Assembly: GCF_009914755.1 (NCBI RefSeq)
Contig: NC_060943.1
DNA from: the human T2T-CHM13v2.0 reference genome, Homo sapiens
Length of the DNA: 64,000 nucleotides
Direction: 5' to 3' (one strand)
Position numbers and translations under genes: made by a program
Notes under the pieces: generated by a model
What the model was told of the DNA's origin: nothing
The model's database searches: none
What the model saw: only the letters and a program-made list of their open reading frames with translations
Shown: piece after piece, positions 19,737 to 32,409 of the stretch
Layout of the letters: every line of letters starts with the position of its first letter
How positions within the stretch are numbered: the first letter of the stretch is position 1

Positions 19737-22700
19737 TTAGGCCGGGCTGTGGTCGGGGGACGTGGGGGCGGCGGCGACCAACGCGGGAGTCGCCACGACG
19801 GGCTCGGCGAGGCGCGGCGGAAAGAGTCTCTCGTCGAGGCCAGCCGCCAGCTTGTCCAGCACCGACCCGGATGGTAGGACGCACAGGCCCGAGCCGGGGC
19901 ACCCCCCGCCGCCCGGCTCCTCCTCGATGACGGGGATGGCGGGGTCGTCGCCGGCGCCGCCCAGGGTGCGACCGTCGGGCGGGCCGTCCACGCTGTCGCC
20001 GCGCCGCAAGGGCGCACGCGCGGGTCGGGCCGCGCCGGCAGGCGGTGCCGGGGTTCCGGCCAGGGCCGGGGCCGCGCGGGCGCCGGGGTCGCTGTGCTGC
20101 CGGCCACGCTGCCACTGTTTGCGGGCGTGCGGGTGCGCGCGGGCGCGGTGTCGCGCGGCAGCCGGCGTGTCGTCGAAGTGCGGGTCGTGGCGCAGGAACT
20201 CGTGGAACAGCGCGTCCGTCTTCTCGTCGATGCTGTAGTCGCGGCGCGGGCGGCGGGGCCAGGCGCGCGGGCTGCGGGGCCGGGCGGGCGCGGCAGGTGG
20301 CTCGGTGTCGTCGCCTGCGCCGCGGCCCTCGATGCTGGCGTAGCCACTGTCCATCTGCAGCAGCCGGCGCGCCTCGCCGTCCTTGGGCCGCGGCGCGGGC
20401 GGGGAGGGCGGCGGGAAGGCGGGCGCCGCGCCCCCGGAGCCTGAGCCCGAGCTGTCGCCGCTGCGCACCGAGTCGCGGTCGTTGCCGCTGCTGCTGTGGT
20501 CCGAGGCGGCCGCATGCAGCTCAAGCGAGGCGCGCAGGCTCCACAGGTCGCGGTAGCTGGTCTGGGCCTGCTCGGGGCCCGCGTCCCGCTCGGCGTCCGG
20601 CTCCAGTGGCGGCTGCTGCTGCTCAGGCCCCGCGCTGCCCGCGCCGCGCTCCGGGGGGGAATCGGGGCTCGCTCCTCCCGCTGCCTCGGCCGCCTCTAGC
20701 CTGCAAGCCAGGCCGCGCCGTCAGAGCCCCGCCGAGCCCCGCGCCCCCTACCCGGCCGGCCATCCCGCCTCTGGATCAGGGAGGGTGGACGCGGGTGGGA
20801 CTTGGGACTCGGGCGGGCCTTGGAAGGTGAGAGCTTTAAAATGAGCCAGTGTGTTTTGCAGGGGATGCGTCTTGCATTGACCCTGAGCTGTGGCGCCTGC
20901 TTATTAAGCAGGGTGCCTCCATGCTGGACTGCAGACGGCGGGGCCCCCTCCCTTGGAAGCCCCCAGGAAAAGTCAACATGCTTCTCTCCGGGAGTCACGT
21001 TTTCCCAGCCTCCCAGTGGACGTGGGAGCCGCAGGGGATGGACTGGACGCGGTTGAGTCCAGCTCAGCCCCTGCTCCAGGCTAGGGCTCTCTGCCCACCC
21101 ATGCTGGATAACCAGCAGGAGGACAGTGCACAGACGTGAGGGTCACCCGCCATACCAGGGCTGCCCCAGGAACCCTGCTCTGCCCCAGCCCCACGCCCCA
21201 TTCCCATCCCACCGACGTGGGCCCTGGGCTTCAGGGAAGTTGCCCTTGGGTTGGGGGAGGGGTGCTGCTGGCCGGAGTGGTCACAGCAGCTTCTGAGAGG
21301 AGTCTGCCCAGCCTTGGGAGCATGGGCGGGGCGGGGGTGGGAGAGGGCCTGGGACCACAGCAGAACCCTTCAGGCCTCGGACTCCACCAGCAAGCAGCAG
21401 TACCAGCGCCATCCTCGGGGGGCCCCTCCTCCCCACCCACCGCCCTACCCTTACCCAGTCTCTCCCTGCTTCCCTCCTCTGGTCCATGCTGGAGAGGTGG
21501 CCCCAGTGAGTCCGCCTCTGGGAGGGGCCTTGCCGCTGGAGGCAGGCGAGCGCGTGTCCACGGGGCCTGGAGAGCGCTCCCTGGGCCGCCTAGGGGGGGG
21601 CGAAGGGGGGCAAGGGCCCACAGGTCCACCCCTAGCACCTCCATCTACTGAAAAATACCTGCCGAGAGCAGGGGGCGGGCTGGCCAGAAAGGGGCGGGGG
21701 CGCGGGAAGGCCACGGCGTCGCCCGCCCGGGCAATGTACTGGATGAAGTCCTCCTGGGGGGCATCCCCCTCCTCCTGCTCCGTGCTCTCACTGGCTGCCC
21801 GCTGCCGCTGGAAGTGGTGCCGCTTGGGGGAACCTGCGCACGGGATGTGCCGTAAGCGTCAGCCGGCATGTGCCTCCACCCGCTCCACACACACACAGAA
21901 TGCCTATGCCCCCCCGCCACACACACACAATGCCTGTGCCCCCCCGCCACACACAACGCCTGTGGACCCCCACCACACACACACAACGTGTGCCCCCCAC
22001 ACATACAACGCCTGGGCCCCCCCCACACACAGAACGCCTGTGGCCCCCATACACACACATAGAACGCCTGTGCCCCCCACCACAGAACGCCTGTGGCCCC
22101 CTCACACACACACGCCTGTGCCCCCCCCACAGAACGCCTGTGCACCCCCCATGCCTGTGCCCCCCCCACAGAATGCCTGTACCCTCCTACACACAGAACA
22201 CCTGTGGCCCCCACACACACACAACGCGTGTGCCCTGTCTCTGTCTCACACACACAGGAGTGGGCCCTGGCTTGGGCCAGACCCTGGCTGGCATCTCCCC
22301 GGGTCAGGTGGGTGCGGACAGTGGCTGTGTGTACACCCTGGAGTACAGGTGAGAAAACTGAGGCACGGAGGGAAGAGGTGCTGGGACCAGAGAGCCTGAG
22401 CAGGGCAGGGCCAGGAAGCGAGTGAGTGGAAGGGCCTCTGGCACCGATAGTGCCTTGTGGCAGCCCTGGTCAACATGTGGCCACTCATAAGGGCGTGTCC
22501 TGGACACCTGGTGGCCTGCACAGCCTGGCTGAAACTACGGAAGGCATGAGAGAGTCACATACAGGCTGGTGGGGGCCAACGAGGAGAGGGAGAGAGGTGC
22601 CCTCTCCTGCCAGCTCCACCCTGGTCTGGAGAGCGCTGGGGGACTGCCCCACCCCTGCCTCGGCCCCCTTCTCCCAACAGCCTCCCCAGCAAAGCTTGAG

Positions 22701-25700
22701 TGGGCAGGCCCCAGCAAACAGGTTCTGGGATGTGCTGCAACCACATTGGACTCTAAATGTCTCTAGTCACCCCTGGGCCCCATTCATTTCAAGATCTGGA
22801 TTCTCTCAGCTGGAGCGGGGCAGCCAGAGGAGGCCTTCCCCTCCCTGGCCCCTAGCTACCTTGGGGGTGGGGGCTGGGAGAACTCACCCCACCCCCGCTG
22901 GCTGGAGCCACAACACAGGGTCTCCCACTGTCTGATGATGTGTCCTCTGTCATGCTGACAGCACCTTCTCTCTGCACTTGTCCCCTATCCTGGCCTCACC
23001 TGACGACAGGACCTGCCACCCTGTCCACAAGGCAGAGCGGGCCCCAGCCCCTCTGGGCTGCCCTGGCCCTGCTGAGCTGGCTGAGCAGGGCTGGTGCCTG
23101 CTGCCAGTGCTACAGATGGGACACCTCTGCTCCCCACACAAACTCCTGCCTCGAGCCCAGATAAGGCAGCCCTGTCTCCAGGATCCTGCCTGACCCAAGG
23201 CCTGCAGAATTGAAGGGCTACTGTCAAACAGTCCAGGGATCTATGTGCTACAGCCCAGAGGGCAAAAGCACCCCCTGCCCCCGAGCTTCGGTAAGTTTTA
23301 CTGGCACACAGCCACGTGCATTCGTCATGCAGCGCCTCTGACTGCTTCCTCGCCTCAACAGCAGCAGAGTTGTGGAGACACAGCCTCTCTGACCATAACC
23401 CCACGAACACCACCATCCGGGGCCTGATGGGAAAAGTCTGCTGACCCCTGGCCCAGTCCAACACTTACTTCGTGTTAGAGGAAGTCAGAGCCCAGACAGG
23501 CAGAGGGCCTCGGCCAAGGTCACACAGCAGCTGATGGTCTGCCAGCGGGCGAGGGAGGGGCCCCGGGGGAACCCGCCTTCCACTCACATTCCCAGGGATG
23601 AGAGCCGAGCATGGCTGGGAGGGGATGCAGGCCACAGGCCCCACCCTCTGCGCTCCACAGTGACCAGGTGGCCCCCGACACCCTCCTTTACCACCTCATC
23701 CTGGATGCCCCAATGGCCCGAGAGCAGTCGGGGCGCGCAAAGCCTTCCCGCACAGGTTCCCGGAGCTGGGTGGGTCTGGCTCAGGCCGCCCGCACACTCA
23801 GCCCTCCCAGCCACCTGCAGAACCTCAGGCAGCACGCCCGCTGGCAGACTGGGCAGGACTCAGCCCCAGAGCACCGGCTCCCCACCCAGCCCACAACCTC
23901 CTGCTCCTGGATGTCCAGGGCAGCCCCTGGCAGCCAGCACCCAGCCCACAGGGGCCCACTCTCCACCAGGTGCTACAGCTCACCTCTCGTGTCCAGACTG
24001 GCTGCCCGCTGGCTGGGCTCCAGCTTCCACTTCTTGACCTTGAAATAGGGGCTGGCCCCATCCAGGCTGGCATGGCGGCGCAGGCGGGTGAGGAACTGCA
24101 GAACGGTACCTGCCCCGGATCCCGGGCCCGCCTCCCCAGGCCCTGCTGCAGCCCCGGGCCCTCCAGCCTTGGTGCTCCTGGTACCGGCATCCAACTGGCA
24201 GGGAACAGAGATGGCGCTCAGGCTAAGACTTCTTCCTGGGCCCGTGTGCTGGCCCCAGGTGGCCCTAGGTCTGAGAGACAGTCCCAAGGGCCCCCCATCA
24301 CTGGGACAGAGAGGGGTACCTGCTCGGAGAGGGGCAGAAGCGGGAGGAGGGGCGCTCAGTGGCTGGGTGGGCTACACTAAGGTGCTCTGCCCTCTGGGGA
24401 AGGTCCCTGGATATGGGGTTTGGAGAGAAAAGGAGGTGCGTGTCTAGAAGGTCTCTCGCCCACGGCGTGGGCTGCAGGTGAGGGAGGGCAGGGGTGGCGC
24501 ACCCTCTCCAGAACCTAGGGAATGTCAAATGAGGTGGGAGCCTGGGGTGCCCCCTGCATGTGTGAGGACACGCCTGTGTCCGGTGTGCGGCCGGCTCCCT
24601 CTTTCTCCCGTGTGCAATGACCCGGCGGGCCAAGGAGGGCTGCGGTGGCTGGCAGGTCATAGGTTGACCTTGGTCCTGGACTGGGGACAGGGAGGGGAAG
24701 GAGCCTCCCCGGCTGTGGACACCATGGGGGACACGCAGGGGCCCTCACCGAGGTGCCTTCCCCAGAGTCGCTAGATGCCGAGGGGCTGATCTCTGCGAAG
24801 TCAGTGGCGCCCGCGGCTGAGTTGTAGGGGTCACCTGGCAGGGCGGAGCTGGGGCCCACAGAGCGGCCGGTGAGGGCCTTCCCCGGGGGCTGTGGGACAG
24901 AGCCAGGTGGGGGAGGAAGCAGTGACAGGTCAAAGAGCATGGGTGGGTGAGGGACATGGGCAGGTGAGGAGCATGCTGGGCTTGGCCCCCTGCCCTGCTC
25001 CACCCCACCCCGCCCATCCCGAGATGAGGGCCACCCAGAAAAAGAGTGGGTGAGGGCGTGGGGGTCCGGGAGTCCCCGGGGCTGCCTCCCGTCCCCCGAG
25101 GAACCGGGGCTGCTGCCCATAGGCTCACCTGGAAGATGGCCAGAGTGGCCTTGGGAGAGGTGGCCGGGTGGGGCGTGGTGGCTGAGCTGGCCTCGCCTGA
25201 GTCACACTCGTGGATGGTGACAATCTTGAGGGGCGGCAGGTGCAGGTGCGTGAGCCGGGCATTCTTCAGGTGGTGGAAGTCCCCCTCCGTCAGTGTGTAC
25301 CTGCGACAGCATCTGGCCATCAGAGCCCGCCCACCTCCCATGCCCGATGCCCCAGCTGCCGTGCTCTGCCATCCACCCTGCCGGCCTGGGCAGGGGCAGG
25401 CGAAAGGGGGGCAACTGGCCAAGGCCGCCCCACCCCACGGTCCCAGTCCAGGAGCCTCTGCCTTGGTCCCTGCAGCCTCCGCACCCAGCTCCTCCCCCGT
25501 CCCGGCGGCCAGGACCTCAGACAGGCCCTGGGGTGCCTCCCAACGCCGCCCCGCTTACCGGCGACCCTTGTCCTGCGTCTTGCGGCTCTGCTCAAACAGC
25601 GCCGCCTCATTGAAGGAGACCCGGCGGCCCGTGGAGCTGGTGGACAGGAAGCGTTCGGTCTCCGCATCCTGGCACTCGGGGTCCTCTCCCCGGAAGTCGG

Positions 25701-26658
25701 GGTCTGCGTGGAGAGGCAGGAGAGGGTGGGCCCCGGGCGGGCCACGCCAGGCGCCTGGTCCCGGGAGGGCTGCTCCTCCGGGCGGCCACGGCAGGGAGGG
25801 CTGGGGCCGCGGCACGGGCGGCCGGGCTGGCGGGGCGAGGGACACTCGTCCATCCGCTCACACACTCACTCGCTCAGCACGCGCCTGGGCCCACCTACGC
25901 CTGGGCGTTAAGGAAACAGAGATGAGTCGGAATCGAGCTGCGCCCAGTCTGGTGGGGGAGACAGACAGACACAGACGGTCAGGCAGCCCGAGGGGGCGGC
26001 GGGTGGCCGAGGGGCGGATGGACAGGCGAGCGCACAGCCAGGCTGGCCAGCACCTCACCTTGGGCTGGGTGGGTGCCGTTGTCCAGGTAGGTGGTGGTGG
26101 TCTTCTCCGCTTCCTCCATGGCCCTGGGAGAGACGTTGGGAGAGCCCAGTGGCACGGAGGGCCCAGATAGCCACAGTGGGTCTCGGCTCTTTGCCCCAAG
26201 CCAAGCCCTGCGCATCACCCAGTCTCCAGAGGCATAGCCCACCCTGTGACTCAGAAGCCAGTGAGGTAGACCCCCCACCACCCGATGGCACCCACAACCA
26301 CCATGCACCTGCCCAGCCGAGGTGGGGGCCTCGCACCTGTTGAGGCGCTGGTGGACGTCCCAGCAGCGCTTGCAGAGGAGCAGGACGCCAGACAACACCA
26401 CCAGCGTGCCCCCCACGAACAGCGACATCACCACCACCAGCAGCACGTAGTTGTCCAGGATGGGGTCTGGCTCTGCCTGCGGGTGTGCAGGGGGGGTCAG
26501 GTGCTGCTGGCCTGGACGACCTCCTGCCCCTCCCACCTGTCCCCTGCACCCACCGTGGGGCGTCCAGTGGCATTGTCCCACGACGTCGTCAGGGCTACTG
26601 TGGCAGTGGTGGTGGTGGTGGTGGTGGCGGCTGTGGCCATGGTGGCTGTGGGCTGCAT
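19737..26658 (-). CDS. CBARP: CACN beta subunit-associated regulatory protein (BARP, C19orf26), 705 aa single-pass membrane protein
   Basis: Exons 26658-26554, 26476-26337, 26123-26059, 25703-25559, 25300-25129, 24889-24749, 24194-23984, 21833-21659 and 20700-19737, all GT-AG. Total 2118 nt = 705 aa + stop. MQPTATMATAATTTTTTT N-terminus and TM helix YVLLVVVMSLFVGGTLVVLSGVLLLC. Confidence 0.95.
21451..21658 (-). CDS. CBARP: CBARP alternative C-terminus by read-through of the exon 9 donor (453-aa isoform)
   Basis: The frame continues past the donor at 21658 as YFSVDGGARGG...GKQGETG*. Total 1362 nt = 453 aa + stop. Confidence 0.65.
21880..22255. repeat. CA/C-rich VNTR, unit ~(CA)nGAACGCCTGTG(G)CCCCCC, more than a dozen degenerate copies
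   Basis: Direct inspection; lies in CBARP intron 8. Confidence 0.92.
23234..23450 (-). mobile_element. MER58A-like hAT-Charlie DNA transposon fossil
   Basis: CAGGG...CCCTG termini. Minus strand CAGGGGTCAGCAGACTTTTC...GTGGCTGTGTGCCAGTAAAACTT resembles the MER58 consensus. Flanks AAACAGTC/GCCCAGTC match 5/8 as a decayed 8-bp TSD. Confidence 0.75.
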
Positions 26659-28313
26659 TCTGAACTGGGGAGGAGGGCCCTGTGGGGAGGAAGCCTGGTC
26701 AGCTCCAGCTAGACCTACTTCTCCTGCAGGAGCCACTGCAGACAAGCTGGGTCTTCCCTGCAGGAGCAGGAGCCCACACAGGGGGCAGTGACTCATGGAG
26801 AGGTAGCAGAGCCGGAGGCAGCCTCCACCCGGCTTGGCTCTGCCCAGCGGGCCCCGGGGGCTCTCTCTGGACCTCCATCTCCCATCCCCATGGCGGGGGA
26901 GGAGGCCTGGCCCTCTGAGGGTGCGCCTGTACCCATCACAACTGCACACAGCCGGTGCGGCCTGTCCTGCAAGGTAGCGCCAGGCCCTGGAGCTCAGCGC
27001 TGGGCAGGGCAAGCACTCGGAGGAATGGGGACGCCAAGGCGGTGCAGCCGGCTCGAGAAGGACTCCAGACGCCCTGTCCGCCCCATCACGGGGGTGGGGG
27101 GCTACCCCCACCCCAAGAAGTTCAGCTACACCCTGGCAGGGCCCACCCGGCCATGGTTGGGTAGAGGGAGACCTCCCGCTGCCTGCGCGCCAGGGAGGGT
27201 GCAGGGGCTGGGCGCGTGCTCCCGGGTCACGACTCCGGGAGGTGGAGGTCTCCCCGGTGCTGAGTGCTGGTGGGAGTGCAAGGGACAAAGAAGGCGCATC
27301 TGTTCCCAGCCCCGGAGAAGCTGGTTCCCATGGCGACTGCGGAGCAGGCCGCGGCTGGGGGGGCGGGTTGCCAGGGAGCGGCGGGGAGGGGGCGCGGGGG
27401 CGGCGGCCTGGGGGGGGGCGGCGGCCTCGGGGGGGCGGGCGCGAAGCCGCAAGATGGCCGCGGCCGCCTCCCCGCCGTGCCCAGCCCGGGCGCCCGGAGC
27501 ATCCCCGGCCGCCTTACGCTCGGGGGAAACTGAGGCGGGGCGCGGCACCAGGGAAAGGAGCCGCCTGGACGCTGTGCGGCGCAGCCGGGTGGGGAGGCCC
27601 GGGAATCGCAGGGGGTCGGGGCTGGCGCCGGGGTGCTCGGCGGCCCCAGGTCAGCACCGCACGCGCGAGACCTTTCCCGGAGCGAGAGGAGCGCACAGGC
27701 GGCAGCCGCTCCTGCCCTTCCCGGACTTCCGCCCACACGCGACAGCGGGAAACTGAGGCCCAAAGCCGGGCAGGGTCCCGGCGGGGGCTGGTGTCCTCAG
27801 CGCTCCCGGTCACAGGCTGCCCGGGCCCTGGTACTGGGGGAAGGGGCCGCATATGTAGGTCGGGAAATGAGTTCAGGCTGGAGGGGGTGGGGACAGGCGC
27901 AGGATGGTGACCGGAGGCCGGGGAAGATGGCAGGAGGCCGAGGGGAAGAGGGGGGCTCCTGGGGGAGGCGGCTGCGGGAGCCGAGGGCGGAGGTTCCCCA
28001 CGGGGCAGCACCGCGCCCCCGAGCCGGCCAAGGGTGGGGATGGCGAGCCAGGGGAGGCAGGGACCCGACGCCAGGGCTGAGCCGAGACGCCATCGTCCTC
28101 GCCCGACCTCACAGGGAGAAACTGAGGCTGGGGCGGGGCCTGAGCGGGGGTCCCTCTGGAGGCAGCCGGGTGGGGGGCGCAAGGCCCGGATCTCGGTCCC
28201 CACGCCCGCCGGACTCCTCCGCGCCCTCCCTCCGGCCGCTTAGCCCACAGCCGGCTGCGATCCCCGGCCTGTCCCCCGTCCGCCCCCCGCAGCCCCGAGC
28301 CCGCCGCGCCTAC

Positions 28314-28395
28314 CTCAGCGCCGGGACGAGCGGCCCATGGGCGGCGGGCTGGCGGCGGGCGGCTGCGTGGCGCTCGCGGCTGGCTCCGGCGCCCG
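28314..28395 (-). other. CBARP: CBARP non-coding exon 1 (TSS approximate)
   Basis: Donor GAG|GTAGGC at 28313 inside a CpG island. CATAAA TATA-like box at 28419-28424 (minus) and E-box CACGTG at 28473-28478. Exon 2 acceptor at 26680. Confidence 0.7.
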
Positions 28396-28729
28396 GTGGC
28401 CGCGGAGCAGGCGGAGAATTTATGAATGGAGAGCGCGGCGCGGGGGAGGCCGGCGCGAGAGGAGGGGCCGCGCACGTGACCGCGTTGGCGGCGCGCCCGC
28501 TCCGCGCGCCCGGTGCTGCCCGGTCCCCGGCCCGCCGCCCCCGCTGCGCTCGCCGCTGGGTCTGGCTGGCTCCGCGCCGGCCACCGCCTCCCCTTCCCTT
28601 CCGGCGGGGCGGGGGGCGGAGCCTGCGCTCCCGGGCGCCCACTCCGCACGCGGAGCCGCCCCCCGCACCCGCCGCGGCGGCCGAGCCCCGCCCCCGGCCC
28701 ATCGGCACGATTCACCTCGCCCGGTCCTG

Positions 28730-30210
<1,481 letters not shown>

Positions 30211-31219
30211 TAATGGCGCCCTCACCCGTGGGCGACCCTGGAGTGGGGACTGGAGGGAAGTGGTTCCACGAGTGAGACTGAGTCTATTAGGCCTCCCAGT
30301 TTCCTGGAGTGGCAGCTGGATATGCGGTCCTGAGAGCCAGGAGGTGCACAGGTCACGACTCGAAAAGTGAACAGGCCTCCTCCTCTGCACCCCCCGAGCC
30401 AGGGCCAGGATGACCAGGCTCCAAGTGACCGTCACAGCGCTGGCCCGGTGGGAGGAGCCAGGCCCACGCCTTCATCCTGAGTCGGACCAGCAGGGCCTTC
30501 TTCAGGTGCTTGGGTTCCAGGGGACAGTGGCGCCCGCCATTGCACTGGCCTGAACACGGGCAGGGGGCGAGGGTGCAGCCTCCGGATGTAGGGAGCCACG
30601 GATCGTGTCGGATTCGCCCACAGCAGGAGGCATTGGATCTCCCTGGCTGCACCCTTGTAAAGCCACAGCCCCAGGGCCTCCCCTGCTCCCTGCACCCCTG
30701 GGGTCCAGCCCACCGCGCCAGGCTCAAGGCCCTTTCCAGGGAGCCCGAGCCCCAACCCCCGCCATCCCCGATTCCGCATTTTCCCGGAGCCTAAGGAGCG
30801 GGGCTGGGGGCCCGGCCGGGTGCCGCAGACCTGCGTGAGCGCGGGGGCGGGGCGGTGACGTCATAGCCGCGAGCGAGGCTGCGCGGGCCGCTGGCTGACG
30901 GCAGCGGAGCCCCGAGCCGCCCGCGCACGCGCTCCTGCGTCAGAGGCGCACGGGGGCGACGGCCAGGCAGGAGGTGGGGGGTCGGCGAGCGCATCTCCGG
31001 GCGCGGAGCGCCCTCTGCCGGCGTCGAGGAGCAGCGCGCCGGGGTCCGGGATCCCCAGCGAGCCCTCCCGCGTCGCCCGCGCTGTGCCCCTCGCCGCGGT
31101 CGCCGTTTCCTAGAACAGCTGCACCTGCAGCCTTCCACCCTGTCCCGTCCTGCACACTTTCTCGGCTTTTACTGTGATTTATTTTTGGCTTTTGCCACCA
31201 CCTACCACTACGACCTGTT

Positions 31220-32095
31220 TGTTTTTAAATTTTATTTATTTTTTTGTTTGAGACAGAGTCTTGCTCAGTCGCCCAGGCTGGAGTGCAGTGGCGCGATCTC
31301 GGCTCACTGCAACCTCCCCCCCCCCCCCCCCGCCCGGGTTCGAGCTATTCTCCTGCCTCAGCCTCCCGAGTAGCTGGGATTACAGGCGCCCACCACCATG
31401 CTCGGCTAATTTTTGTATATTTAGTAGAGACGAGGTTTCGCCATGTTGACCAGGCTGGTTTCAAACTCCTGACCTCAGGTGATCCGCCTGCCTCGCCCTC
31501 CAGATCGGATAAAGTGCTGGAATTACAGGCGTGAGCCACCGCGCCCGGCCTGACCTGCTTATTAATGATCTCAAATGTCTGCTAAATAACCCCCGGCCCC
31601 AGAGTGGGATTCTCACTCTGTTGCCCAGGCTAGGCAGTGGCGCAATGATAGCTCACTGCAGCCTCAATCTCCTTAGGCCCAAGCGATGCTCCCGCCTCAG
31701 CCTCCCCAGTAGCTGGGACCACAGGCGTGCATCACCACGCCCGGCTAATTTTGATTATTTGTAGAGACGGGGTCTCCCTCTGTTGCCCAGACTGGTCTCC
31801 ATCTCCTGGGGTCAAGTGATTCTCCTGCCTTGGCCTCTCAAGGTGCTGGGATTACAGGTTGGAGCCACCACACCTGGCCCAGAGCCGGAAACTTGATGTT
31901 TTCTTGATGTCTATCCAGGGCCCTGCATCCAATGAGCGCCCCAAAAATCTTTTTTTTTTTTTTTGTACAGACGGGTCGGGGGTGGGGGCGATCTACACTA
32001 TTGCCCAGGCTGGTTTCCAGCTCCTGGCCTCAAGTGATCCTCTGGCCTCAGCCTCCTAAAGCGCTGGTATTACAGTCGTGAGCCACCACGCAGCC
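31220..32095 (-). mobile_element. Antisense Alu cluster upstream of ATP5F1D
   Basis: Two Alus plus a monomer; poly-C expansion at ~31316-31331. Confidence 0.9.
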
Positions 32096-32198
32096 GAATC
32101 TTGAATTTCACTGAAGTTCGTTTTACTCCACCTCCCAGGACGGTTTCACCGCCCTTATCTGACCACCCCCTGGTTCTGCCGCAGCCCGGGCCGGAACA

Positions 32199-32277
32199 AA
32201 ACTGCAACCCCCAGAATACCTCACGACGGGGCACTGCGTCGTCAACGTCGCGTGCGCCCTGCCGGGAGTCGTAGTTC
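32199..32277. promoter_or_regulatory. ATP5F1D promoter: convergent pair of ZNF143/ACTACA-type motifs
   Basis: + strand AACTGCAACCCCCAGAATAC near 32200-32219 and - strand GAACTACGACTCCCGGCAGGGC at 32256-32277. TATA-less CpG island. Confidence 0.55.
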
Positions 32278-32409
32278 GCGCTTGCGCTCTCGCCGGGACT
32301 CCTCCTCCCAGACGTCCCTGCGCGTCGTCCTCCTCGCCCTCCAGGCCGCCCGCGCCGCGCCGGAGTCCGCTGTCCGCCAGCTACCCGCTTCCTGCCGCCC
32401 GCCGCTGCC

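Noticed and set aside
21251-22399. 382-aa ORF with His/Pro/Thr repeats
   Set aside because: Translation of the VNTR and of the antisense strand of CBARP exon 9.
25046-26170. 374-aa + strand ORF
   Set aside because: Antisense shadow of CBARP exons in GC-rich DNA.
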